Source of the DNA: an uncultured Acidobacteriaceae bacterium
GTDB lineage: Bacteria; Acidobacteriota; Terriglobia; Terriglobales; Acidobacteriaceae
Reading direction: 5' to 3'
Length of the DNA stretch: 64,000 nucleotides
Assembly: GCA_963841095.1 (NCBI GenBank)
Contig: CAWJBE010000002.1
Span: 2,278 to 66,277, forward strand
Shown: piece by piece, positions 10,080 to 20,833 of the stretch
Position numbering within the stretch: the stretch's first letter is position 1
Layout: each line of letters opens with the position of its first letter
Position numbers and translations under genes: made by a program
Notes under the pieces: generated by a model
The model's database searches: none
Told to the model about the DNA's origin: nothing
What the model saw: only the letters and a program-made list of their open reading frames with translations

Positions 10080-10224
10080 GGATGGCGTCTCCCTTGAACC
10101 CCGGACAGCTTCAGCGCGAACACCGCGCCTGATCCAAACTGCTCAGACTCCCATGAGTTAAGCCGTTACGCTCAAAAAAGGTTGAACCAGGCAAATGACT
10201 ATCCAACCACGGTGAGGAAAATTC

Positions 10225-10608
10225 ATGAATAGCATCAAGTTTCTTGCTTTAGCGGCGGTTGCCGCATTCGCCATAGCAGCTGGCGCTCCCAAGGCAGCGG
10301 CACAGGTCACAATCGAAATCGGAGCCGCCCCCGACTGCCCCTATGGTTACTATGACTACGTCCCTTATAACTGCGTTCCTGACGGCTACTATGGTCCGGA
10401 ATGGTTTAACGCTGGAGTCTTCATCGGCACCGGCCCGTGGTTTCATGGGCACGACGACTTTCAGGGCAAGGTCGACAACACCTTCGACCCACAGAACGGA
10501 TATAGCGGCCCGTTGCCCAAAGCCGGCGATAAGCCCGCAGCGCAGCGGAGATCTCCTGAGCAATTCAAGGGAAATGAAGTGCGCGATGGGCGCGGCAACA
10601 AAAAGTGA
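10225..10608 (+). CDS. Secreted Tyr/Gly/Pro-rich hypothetical protein (paralogue of 3841-4401)
   Basis: GAGG RBS, signal peptide, CPYGYYDYVPYNCVPDGYYGP core. Confidence 0.8.
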   Translation: MNSIKFLALAAVAAFAIAAGAPKAAAQVTIEIGAAPDCPYGYYDYVPYNCVPDGYYGPEWFNAGVFIGTGPWFHGHDDFQGKVDNTFDPQNGYSGPLPKAGDKPAAQRRSPEQFKGNEVRDGRGNKK

Positions 10609-10837
10609 AGAAAACCAGGGCAACATAGCGCAAAACAAACCAATCCCAACCCGTGCAAACGGACCAGCGACCGAGTTGTCCAGATGAGCATTAGAGGCGC
10701 CGATTCTCAATCTTACGTCGATCTATTGACGCCTCGTTGAACAGGCAAGAAACCGTATTCTCTTTGATCAAGGCGCCGAAGATGCATTTCGGAGCTTTTA
10801 TCAAAGCCTCACAAGTTGAACCCACGGAGGTGGACCG

Positions 10838-11047
10838 GTGAATCGAGATCGAGTGAAGGGTACTATCGACGAAATGGTGGGAAGCGCCAAGCGAAAGGCG
10901 GGCCAGTTGACTGGCGATACGCCGCTTCAGGTCAAGGGAATCGCACAGCAGGTTAAGGGAAAACTTGAAAATACCCTCGGTAAGACCAAAGATGCAGTTC
11001 GCGGAGCCAACCAGGGAACTAAGTCACGAAATGGCGCGCGCGCCTAA
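10838..11047 (+). CDS. csbD: CsbD-family general stress protein
   Basis: NRDRVKG...GSAKRKAGQLTGD..LQVKG.AQQVKGK pattern; GGAGG RBS with GTG start. Confidence 0.88.
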   Translation: MNRDRVKGTIDEMVGSAKRKAGQLTGDTPLQVKGIAQQVKGKLENTLGKTKDAVRGANQGTKSRNGARA

Positions 11048-11251
11048 CTTGAGTTACTCTGAGTCGAAGGTCGAGTCAAGTTAGCGCGCCTAATTCGTAT
11101 CGCTGCGTCAAGATGAATTCGGCATGAACGGGAGTCGATGGCTTGTGCAGAGATTAGGCGGCTTTGCTTTCTTGACCGACCGGGTGCTCGAGCGATCACA
11201 AACCTGGGCGGACATGCCGCGATAAGCAGTGGGTGCATACTCTAATCTTCT

Positions 11252-12517
11252 TTGCCGACATCCGCCCCATCTCGATGGATTCGATCGCTCCTTAAGGCGC
11301 TCGGGCCCGGAATCATCACCGGTGCTGCGGATGATGATCCATCGGGTATCGCAACATACTCCATTGCCGGCGCACAGCTTGGAACCACGCTACTCTGGAC
11401 GGCATTGCTGACGTGGCCGCTGATGGCCGCGGTGCAAATGATGTGCGCCCGCATTGGCAAGGTGACGGGAAAGGGTTTGGCTGGGAATCTCAAGCAACGA
11501 TTCCCCAGGTGGCTATTGCTCGCGGTCATCACAGCCCTTTTAATCGCCAACACAATCAATATTGCCGCGGACCTGGCAGGCATGGCGGACGCAGCATCCA
11601 TGCTATCGGGAATCAATTCCGTCTGGTATGTCGTGGCCTTCGCGATTCTCATCTCGTGGGCGACCATTCGGCTCCAGTATCTGCAGATCGCAAACGTGCT
11701 CAAGTGGCTGGTGCTTGTGCTCTTCGCATACCCCATTACTGCGTTTGTAGTGGGAGTCGACTGGACCCAGGTGTTGCGCGAGACCCTGATACCTTCAATG
11801 CCTCATACCAGAAATGGATGGGCAACGCTGGTGGCGATACTTGGCACCACCATCAGTCCGTATCTTTTTTTCTGGCAAGCGAGTGAAGAAGTTGAAGAGG
11901 AGAAGTCAGCAGGCCAAAGTTCGCTAGCTCAGCGCAAAGGAGCCACGCAAAAAGAGCTTGGGCTGAGAAATATCGACGTCGGTGTCGGCGCGTTTTTCTC
12001 GAATATGGTCATGTTCTTTATCATCCTGACCACTGCCATCACCCTCAACCGGCACGGCATTACGAATATCGAAACATCCCGGCAAGCGGCCGAAGCACTG
12101 CGCCCGTTCGCCGGAAAATTCGCAACAACTGTGTTTACACTCGGTATTGTCGGAGTTGGCTTTCTTGCGATCCCAACTCTTGCGGGATCGACCTCATACG
12201 CGTTCGCTGAGACTCTAGGGTGGCGCCAGGGCTTGAACAAGAAATTAACGGGCGCGCGTTGGTTTTATGCACTGATTCTTGTCTCTACTGCAGCGGGTGT
12301 TGCGCTAAACCTTCTTGGCATTAACCCTGTAAAGGCGCTCTACTGGACAGCAGTCATCAATGGATTGCTGGCGCCCTTTCTTCTTATTGCAATCCTCATC
12401 GTCGCTGCGGACAAGAAACTGATGCAGGGCCAGCCGAGCTCCCGCCTCGGATGGATTGTGGTGGCGTTTACGACGATAGCCATGTTCGCAGCCGGCATTG
12501 CGATGTTTGCCGTGTAA
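11252..12517 (+). CDS. NRAMP-family divalent metal cation transporter
   Basis: GPGIITGAADDDPSGI (DP motif), GTTISPYLFFWQ, multiple TM helices; exact start uncertain. Confidence 0.9.
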   Translation: MPTSAPSRWIRSLLKALGPGIITGAADDDPSGIATYSIAGAQLGTTLLWTALLTWPLMAAVQMMCARIGKVTGKGLAGNLKQRFPRWLLLAVITALLIANTINIAADLAGMADAASMLSGINSVWYVVAFAILISWATIRLQYLQIANVLKWLVLVLFAYPITAFVVGVDWTQVLRETLIPSMPHTRNGWATLVAILGTTISPYLFFWQASEEVEEEKSAGQSSLAQRKGATQKELGLRNIDVGVGAFFSNMVMFFIILTTAITLNRHGITNIETSRQAAEALRPFAGKFATTVFTLGIVGVGFLAIPTLAGSTSYAFAETLGWRQGLNKKLTGARWFYALILVSTAAGVALNLLGINPVKALYWTAVINGLLAPFLLIAILIVAADKKLMQGQPSSRLGWIVVAFTTIAMFAAGIAMFAV

Positions 12518-12527
12518 GCTCGCAGGG

Positions 12528-13241
12528 TTAGGCGACCTCGCGACTTCTGCCTGCCCGATTTGCCGCTTTACGCAGCGCAAATTTGTCAGCAGCATCGATC
12601 TTGCGCAGGCCGCTCACTTTCCAGATTCCAAAGCAAGCGCCCGCCACCAGCAGGCCCGCGAACATACAAACCAGGGGAGTCGACCACTTCTGGAGCGTCC
12701 CTGCCCAGAGGTGAATAGCGTGGCGCCCATAAACTACGCCAAGCCACGCAATGAGGGAGTAACGGAGGGTTCGAGCCGCACCGTAGACCGCGAGGAAGCG
12801 CAGTCGCGAAACGCCAAGCGCGCCAGCGGCGAGCGCGAACGGCAAAAGTGGAATCGGCGGGGGAAGCACAGCCGGAAGAAACACGGCGAGGACGCGGTGA
12901 TGCTCTACCCATCCGGTAACTCGCCCAAGAAGACGTGCCGGCACATAGCGGCGCAATGCCTCTTCGCCCCCTCTGCGCCCAAGGTCCCATGTGGCATATC
13001 CGCCAAGAAGGCTACCCGCGATCGCGAATGCGGCAAGCAACCATGGATTTCCGCCGTATGCCACCAACCAGAGAAGCAGCAGGTCAGTGCTACCAGGCAG
13101 AGGCAGCGGAATAGGAGAGGAGTCGACGACGGCAACGAAGAAAAGCCCCAGAACTCCCAGGTGCGTGAGCCAACGCGGCATCAGCGAGTGATGTGTAGGG
13201 GACAAAAGGAGCAGTGCCTGTTGCCGAAGAGGAATACTCAT
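12528..13241 (-). CDS. YqaA/VTT (DedA-like) membrane protein
   Basis: Hydrophobic; DSSPIPLP, GSLLGG, LPPPIP...GAL, RTLRY motifs; start may be 13181. Confidence 0.8.
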   Translation of the reverse strand: MSIPLRQQALLLLSPTHHSLMPRWLTHLGVLGLFFVAVVDSSPIPLPLPGSTDLLLLWLVAYGGNPWLLAAFAIAGSLLGGYATWDLGRRGGEEALRRYVPARLLGRVTGWVEHHRVLAVFLPAVLPPPIPLLPFALAAGALGVSRLRFLAVYGAARTLRYSLIAWLGVVYGRHAIHLWAGTLQKWSTPLVCMFAGLLVAGACFGIWKVSGLRKIDAADKFALRKAANRAGRSREVA

Positions 13242-13374
13242 AGAAATGTGGACCAGGTGTTCCGTCTCTGTGCCATTAGATGCGTGCGCTCATCGGATCT
13301 TCCTGAAAGCTCGCACTGTATAGGTAGACGATGGTCTCCTCATTATTTCCCGTTTAAATTGCATTTTCTCAAAA

Positions 13375-13995
13375 TCAGTTCAACGAGGCCTGACTTTGAA
13401 TCTGGCGGGCCTGGACGGTAACTCTGGCAATGTGGAAGCCCGCAAAACTCGTAACGTGTACTGAATCCAACTCGGCCGCATTGAACCGCCCCCTCACATC
13501 AGGAAGAGTCCGAGCCAATGCCCGATGGATCGCGGTTTCTGCGGTTCTACCGAGAGCTTGCGACGAGTATGAATCCGCTAGCCACATAAAGTGCCAGCCA
13601 ACTCCGCGAATTGCGGCATCCAGATCCATTGCTGCGGTGTCCTTTGCCTCCGCCCATCCCTTGGAAAACGGCTCGTGTCGCAGATCGAATCGTTCCGGGA
13701 GGACGCATCCATTGCGCAGGAATACCGTGTGCAGCTTCAAGGTTGCCGGCTTGACGGTGGTTTGAGCAACCGGTTCCGTCCAGAGTCGGATGTAATCGGA
13801 AGTGCGGGGCGAGGGGACGCTCGGAAAAGAATGTACCAGGGCGACATCATCGGCAGAGACTGGAATTACATTCCTCCTAGCGGCGGACTTGATCCGGGCG
13901 GCGCCGGGCTGGCTCGCCGGTCCTGTCCTACCCAGCCTCATGGCTCGCCGCGCTGCGAAATGCTTTTCAACATCGATTTTCTTGATAAGGCTCAT
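13375..13995 (-). CDS. Hypothetical protein
   Basis: GGAG RBS; basic N-terminus plus a globular C-terminal region (GWHFMWL, FNAAE); no family recognised. Confidence 0.55.
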   Translation of the reverse strand: MSLIKKIDVEKHFAARRAMRLGRTGPASQPGAARIKSAARRNVIPVSADDVALVHSFPSVPSPRTSDYIRLWTEPVAQTTVKPATLKLHTVFLRNGCVLPERFDLRHEPFSKGWAEAKDTAAMDLDAAIRGVGWHFMWLADSYSSQALGRTAETAIHRALARTLPDVRGRFNAAELDSVHVTSFAGFHIARVTVQARQIQSQASLN

Positions 13996-14064
13996 GGTGC
14001 TCCAGTTGTTCTATTAAGATCCTCTGCGGCCTCCAGCGAGTCCGCAGAGGATCGAAGGTCGTGC

Positions 14065-15651
14065 TTAGCGCAGGCTTCCAGTGGTTGGGTTGAGCGGGCT
14101 TCCGATTGCTTCGCCCGATACGACCAATTCCACTCTCCGGTTTTGCTGGCCGTCCGGCGGAGTCATCGTTCGAGGCTACCGGCGAACTGTTGCCGAAGCC
14201 CGTTGCGCTGACTGAGTTCGCTACTACGCCTTCTTGCACGAGGTATTCGCGAACCGAGCCCGCGCGGTTTTCCGAGAGCTTCTGATTCATCTCATCGCCA
14301 CCCACATTGTCGGTATATCCGCCGACTGCAATGTTGAGTCCTGGGTATGCAGATCAGAATTCCGGCAACCTTTGCCAGCTTCTCCCGCGCGCCGGCCTTC
14401 AACGAGTATTGCCCGGTGTCGAAAAGAACGTCGGACATGCTGACAATCAGTCCCCGGGCGCTGTCGCGCGTCTCGAGAATCTCATTGAGTCGCACTTCCA
14501 ATTGCGCACGCATCGCCGCCTTTTCGCTGTCCGCCTGCTGCTGTCCCTGCTGTGCTTGCGAGGCGATCAAGCGAGCCTGGTCGGCATCGGCTTGAGCCGC
14601 GTTGATCGCGGCGGCCGATGAGGCCTGGTTGTTAAGCATGTCCGTCTGCGCCTTGGCTGTGGCGGCCTGGGCATTTGCAGCATCCGCTTGGGCGTTTGCC
14701 GCATCGGCTTGGGCCTGATCTTTCTCGGCGAGTAGCGTTATCGGCCTGCGCCTGCGACTGTGCCTGCGCGTCCGCGGAAGCCTGGCGTTCGCTCGCGATG
14801 CGATCTTCCTCAATTCTCTTGACGGCGATCTCACGCGCATCTTCCGCAGTCTGTACGGTCTCGCGCGATTTCGCGATCAGCTGCTTCTTATCCGAATGAC
14901 CTTCCGTGGCGTACGCGTCGGCATTGTTCATCAACTGGACAGCATGTTCATAGCTTTCGCCGGCGTACTTCTCCGCGCCCTCAGACTTCGCAATGCGAAC
15001 CGCATTGCGCGCTTCAAGAAACTCCAATGGCAGCTTGGCATCTAGAACCACCGGGTCGAATTTGTATCCGGTCGGAATATAACCGCCCCGCTCCATCAGT
15101 TCATATTTTGCGTTCATTGCTTCAGGTGTGCCCTTGGTGTCCGCTCGAACAACATTCTCGAGCACAACAACATTGCTTGGCTGACGAACAGCAAAATAGG
15201 GCTCAGCGGTGACGATCAGTGCGAATGCCTGGAGATCGGTGGTGGCAGTCAGCTTGCTCCGATCGTCGCCGCCGATCAACACTTCTCCAAGATTCACTGC
15301 GTGGCCGTCAGGCGAGATCGCCCACAGCACATAGGTCAGATATTCTGTGCCAAAGGTCGTGGGGCTTTGCAAATTCCCAAAGTCCGCTTCGACTTCCATG
15401 GTGCCGCGCTTGCTGCGCACTTTGGCTTTTCCGTCGGCTGATGGCAGCAGAGCAGTTCCAGACATATCCACGTCAGAGGCCCCGCTGCGATGCTGGTAGT
15501 CAACTGCTTCAACTGTGCGACTGGTCTCGTTCACAACATAAGCGGGCATTGTGCCGGAAGGCACGAGAGCGATCGACTCTTGCGGGCCGGCTTGAGCAAA
15601 CGCGCTCACGCTGAGGAAACTTCCGATCACGAACAATAGTGTGTGTTTCAC
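14065..15651 (-). CDS. OmpA-family protein with coiled-coil linker, interrupted by three +1 frameshifts (~14740, ~14351, ~14150)
   Basis: Fragments join to SDVLFDTG...LAKVAGILIAYPGLNIAVGGYTDNVG...NQKLSENRA...GRQQNRRVELVV; GTG start after GGAG. Confidence 0.85.
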
Positions 15652-15739
15652 AATATCTCCTGCAGTCAAAGGGCTGCTGTCTTGCATTGTTGTCCTGGGT
15701 TGGCGGGCGAAGCTATGCAGACTTCGATTTTGTGGCTTG

Positions 15740-15931
15740 TCATCGCCCGACGCGGAATTGATTCAGGTGTTGAAACACCCCGTATAGATTCGCGATCCAC
15801 AAGACTAAGACGATGACAACCAGGCCGTTCAGGATCGATTTGATTTGCCCCTGCATCGGGATGAACCTGTTCACAAGCCACAACAGAAGTCCTGCTGCAA
15901 CAATCGTGATGATGACTGTGGTAAGTGGCAT
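15740..15931 (-). CDS. Small two-helix membrane protein (Thivi_2564-like)
   Basis: 63 aa: TM helix, NRFIPMQGQIKSILN, TM helix; GGAG RBS. Confidence 0.75.
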   Translation of the reverse strand: MPLTTVIITIVAAGLLLWLVNRFIPMQGQIKSILNGLVVIVLVLWIANLYGVFQHLNQFRVGR

Positions 15932-16229
15932 TTCGTGTTCTCCAATCTTTTTCCCGGATGCGATGCCGTCTTAGAACATCGCCGAGAAGTTGCGAGCGTT
16001 CGGCTCAGTCAGTGGGGGAGCCATCAGAAAGGGGAGAACGATTACTCCGCTTCATTCCTATTCTTCCAAGGGGATTCAAAAATAGCTGAGCTACAATGCT
16101 CACTCGGATGAATTAGGAGTCGATATTTGAAGAGATGCGATCCGAGCCCCTACAACGGCAAGTCGAGCGGCTCTAATGCAGGCACCGATTAATGGAATGA
16201 AGCTGGAGGCAAATTTCGCTGAGAACATG

Positions 16230-16468
16230 CGATGATGCGGATGCGCCGCCCGGGCTTGGGTTGCGCCAACCGGCGTCTGCCGCGATCAGCGCTTCAGCCT
16301 CTTTCGGCGCAGCCGCTCCAGGCACCATTCGGAATGGCAACGCCGATCCCTGGAACCCTGACTGCACCGCGCTTCACCATTGCACTGAGTACGGGGGACG
16401 ATCATTTTGCGTGCCAGATCGCCGGTGATACCGATGACAACCAGATCGACCGATTGCGGCTCGGCCAT
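16230..16468 (-). pseudogene. zwf: Truncated, frameshifted glucose-6-phosphate dehydrogenase remnant
   Basis: MAEPQSVDLVVIGITGDLARKMI then (shifted) AMVKRG..VP.IGVA matches the Zwf N-terminal GxTGDLA region; begins 12 nt after gnd; left boundary approximate. Confidence 0.7.
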
Positions 16469-16479
16469 CAGGCGCCTTC

Positions 16480-17496
<1,017 letters not shown>

Positions 17497-17686
17497 TTGA
17501 ACCTCCCGATACGATATTTGATGCAAGCGCGGGAACAATTGCGCCCTATGACAAGATACTGCCGTGCACTCCGCACCAGATGCAGGCAGAGCACAGGCAG
17601 TCTCAGGGAATGCGTAGCATTGTTGTGAGGCAGTACTTCTGCAGAGGCCGCCGAGGCCGGTACAGAAATCATAACTGGTGGGCCGA

Positions 17687-17845
17687 TTACGGTTTCAGGG
17701 CTTTCCCCTGGCAGTCCGAGTGCTGGCATTGGCATACGAGTTCGGTCATGCCTTTTGCGTCGCGGCAGACGTCGCTACAGAACTCATTCCCCTCCGCGGG
17801 AACGCAGTTGCAGGCGGCATGGGCACATTTTGACGTGGTGTTCAT
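17687..17845 (-). CDS. Bacterial metallothionein-like protein, 52 aa (missed by the ORF track)
   Basis: [52 protein letters not shown]; 8 Cys and 2 His; AAAGGAG RBS. Confidence 0.85.
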   Translation of the reverse strand: MNTTSKCAHAACNCVPAEGNEFCSDVCRDAKGMTELVCQCQHSDCQGKALKP

Positions 17846-17950
17846 AGAATCTCCTTTGATCAGTTGTGTGGTTTGTTAGAGCCTCATGAGGCGATTACGA
17901 CGGATGACGGTCAGATCAGGGACAGTGAGGCCGATAATCACCGTATCCCC

Positions 17951-19156
17951 TCACTGCGTCGTGGGTGATGACTTTTGAGTTGCCGCGGCACTGACCTGTA
18001 CTGGCCGCTCCGCGTGGGTTGTGGATGAGCTGACTGCCTGCGCCGGTTTGTCTTCCGGGATCTCTGTCCCGGCCGGATAGATGAGAATCTGGATTGAGCC
18101 CCAATCTGCTTCGAGGCTCGCACCCGCCTGCTTGCCCATTCCGAGCGTTTTGAGCTGGCTGTCGTCAAAGCCAAAGTTCTCGACCAGATACTCACGGATA
18201 ATCATCGCCCTGGCCTGGGTGAGCACGAGATCCTTCTGGGTATCGCCATCCATGCCAGTTGAGACCACGACAACCGCAACTCCGAATTGAGTCTGTGCCA
18301 GGAAATCTCCGGCCGACTTGAGGGTCTTCTGGTCTTTCATTTTGGCCGAATCGCGTCCATCGAAAAGCTGCTTGGCTGCGTAGGTGAATGCCTTCTCAGG
18401 CGTAGCCTGCGGCAGCCCGCTGATGCTGTTTGCCGCCAAATCGGAGGAGTCTTCGTATCCCCGCTTCTTGAAATATCCACTCAAGAAGAAGTTGTGTTTC
18501 AATGCTTCCATATTCTCCTGGAAGTCCGTTACGCCGGTCTGCGCCTGCAGCATCGTGTCATGGAGCGTGGCCGTCGTCTTTTCCAGGTTGTTATAGAGTT
18601 GCTTGTCGTTTATGAGTGATCCCACGGTTCCTTGACCCGAATCGATCTTGGCACTCACCGAATTCAGGTGCGCCGTGGCCAGTGTTGCGTTTTGGATAGC
18701 CTGTTGACTGCTATCCAAAATTCCGCTCGTCTTCTTGAGCAAATCCGCCATCAGCAGCGGCGCCTCGCTTTGGATGGTTTCGCCATTGATCACTGCGGCT
18801 TGTCCTGCGGACCCGAACGAAATAGCAACAAACTGATTGCCCAAAACTCCCTCGGTTTCAATTGAAGCTACAGAGTCACGCTTGATGATCTCCTTTGTCG
18901 ATTTGTTGAGATCCATGACGACGATGATCTTATCGCCTGGTTTGTGAGGCAGCGTGATGCTATGCACAGTTCCGCTGTGAACCCCGCCCACTTGCACGTC
19001 GGCGCCCACACTCAGCCCCGCAACATTGTCGAATTGCGTCTTGAGTTGGTAGGTAGACCGAAACAAATACTCCTTGCTCCCGATCACGAAGACGCCGGCG
19101 GCTAGAACTGCCAGCGTCGCGACGATGAATGCTCCCAATCTTGCCAATCTCGACAT
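17951..19156 (-). CDS. mlaD: MlaD/MCE protein with C-terminal OmpA-like domain
   Basis: N-terminal TM, VAGLSVGADVQVGGVHSG MCE motif, TEGVLGNQFV; C-terminal LFD...ARAMIIREYLV...LGMGK. Confidence 0.85.
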   Translation of the reverse strand: MSRLARLGAFIVATLAVLAAGVFVIGSKEYLFRSTYQLKTQFDNVAGLSVGADVQVGGVHSGTVHSITLPHKPGDKIIVVMDLNKSTKEIIKRDSVASIETEGVLGNQFVAISFGSAGQAAVINGETIQSEAPLLMADLLKKTSGILDSSQQAIQNATLATAHLNSVSAKIDSGQGTVGSLINDKQLYNNLEKTTATLHDTMLQAQTGVTDFQENMEALKHNFFLSGYFKKRGYEDSSDLAANSISGLPQATPEKAFTYAAKQLFDGRDSAKMKDQKTLKSAGDFLAQTQFGVAVVVVSTGMDGDTQKDLVLTQARAMIIREYLVENFGFDDSQLKTLGMGKQAGASLEADWGSIQILIYPAGTEIPEDKPAQAVSSSTTHAERPVQVSAAATQKSSPTTQ

Positions 19157-19164
19157 GAGTTCTC

Positions 19165-19953
19165 CTAGAACTGCTTCAAAAACTCGTTCACAAACCCGAT
19201 GCCGCTTTCTTGCAGGTCTTCAAACGTGCCCTCGATCACTACGTCGCCCTCATTCAGGAGGGCGAGTCGCCCGGCAATCGTCTTGGCGCTATGCAGGTCG
19301 TGCGTCACTACGATGGATGCCATGCGGCGTTCCCGCTGGAGCTTGAGAATTAACTCGTCAATTTCGCCGGAACTGATCGGGTCGAGACCGGCTGTGGGCT
19401 CGTCGAGCAGCAGAATCTCCGGCTCCAGTGCCAAGGCGCGCGCAAGGCCAACGCGCTTTTGCATCCCACCCGAAATATCGGAAGGCATCTTTTCGAGATC
19501 GGCCTCCATTCCCACCTCGTCCAGCAATTGCCTCACACGGTCTGATCGCTCGGATCTGGAAATGTCTCTGCGATGGTGCTCGAGGGGAAACGCCACATTT
19601 CCGGCTACAGTGAGCGAATCGTAGAGCGCCGCTTGCTGAAACAGGAAACCCATTTTCTTTCGGATCGCTCCCATGCGGTCGAGAGCCAGGCCGGCGATAT
19701 CCTGGCCATGAATGCAGACCGATCCGGAGTCAGGTGTATCGAGTCCAATGATCAGTCTCAACAAGACGCTTTTCCCTGTGCCGCTGCGCCCGAGCACCGC
19801 CAGCGTTTCTCCCTGGTTCACGCGCAGGCTGATCCCGTTTAGAACTTTGTGGCCCGCGAAGGACTTATACACGTTCTCGACTGTAACGACGGGCACAAGG
19901 CCGTCTTGCCTGCGTCCCGCTTGCTTTGCCGCCATGTCATAAGCTGTGGCCAT
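19165..19953 (-). CDS. mlaF: MlaF-type ABC transporter ATPase
   Basis: GRSGTGKS Walker A, ISGGMQKR signature, LLDEPTAGLDP. Confidence 0.92.
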   Translation of the reverse strand: MATAYDMAAKQAGRRQDGLVPVVTVENVYKSFAGHKVLNGISLRVNQGETLAVLGRSGTGKSVLLRLIIGLDTPDSGSVCIHGQDIAGLALDRMGAIRKKMGFLFQQAALYDSLTVAGNVAFPLEHHRRDISRSERSDRVRQLLDEVGMEADLEKMPSDISGGMQKRVGLARALALEPEILLLDEPTAGLDPISSGEIDELILKLQRERRMASIVVTHDLHSAKTIAGRLALLNEGDVVIEGTFEDLQESGIGFVNEFLKQF

Positions 19954-19982
19954 ATTTGCGTTACGAGCGCTTCAAACAATCG

Positions 19983-20833
19983 TTAAGGAAAGAAAACGAG
20001 AATGAATTTCACGAGAACGACGTCGGCCAGGATAAGAAAAAGCGAGGCCAGCACGACCGAGTTGGTGGCCGCACGGCCCACACCCGCAGCCCCACCGCGC
20101 GTGCGCATTCCCTGGAAACACGCGATGAGCCCGATGATCAGCCCATACACGGCGGTTTTGAATGTCTGTGGTAGGAATGCACTGAAGGTGGCGCCATTAA
20201 AGCCGCTTGCAATGTACTGATGGAACGAGAGCGGCTCAACAAGAGCCTGCGCAAACCAGCCAGTCAGCATGGCGCATGCGTCGGTGGCAAGAGTTAGCAG
20301 CGGCAGCATCAGGATGCAGGCTAGTATGCGTGTCGCGGCCAGAAGCCTGTAGGGGTTGATCGCGGATGCCTCAATGGCGTCGATCTGCTCGGTTACTTTC
20401 ATCGATGCCAGCTCCGCGCCCATGCCGGCGCCCACGCGCCCGCTTACGACCAGGCCGGTAATGACCGGGCCCATGACTTGGACAACGGAGTACACGAGCG
20501 TCGCAGGAAACATCGATTTGGCGCCGAATCGCGTGAGACTGTAGCGGGCTTCCAGCGAAATGACAACGCCAATTGCGGCGCCTGCCATGGCGACCAGCGG
20601 CAGCGACTTCGACCCAACTTCGTCCAGCTGCCGAATCAGCTCACGCCATTCATATGGCGGCGTAGCCGCTGCCCGCAGGACTCGCCAGGAAAAGATTCCC
20701 AATTCCCGAACCACTCGAAAAAACCGTTGAAAAGCTCCATGGCAGAGTTCGCAATTGCGGACGTGGGTGCGCTCCGCCGTACCTGAAGTGGAGGGCTTAT
20801 GTCCGCAACAGATGTAAATCCGCGTTCGCTCAT
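19983..20833 (-). CDS. mlaE: MlaE-type ABC permease with one frameshift near 20706
   Basis: GPVITGLVVSGRVGAGMGAELASM, EQIDAIE, GVGRAAT; N-terminal part (..FFEWFG) lies in another frame and is restored by one extra G. Confidence 0.88.

Noticed and set aside
14065-15651. Three separate genes at the ompA locus
   Set aside because: The fragments join into one OmpA-family protein when single inserted bases are removed.
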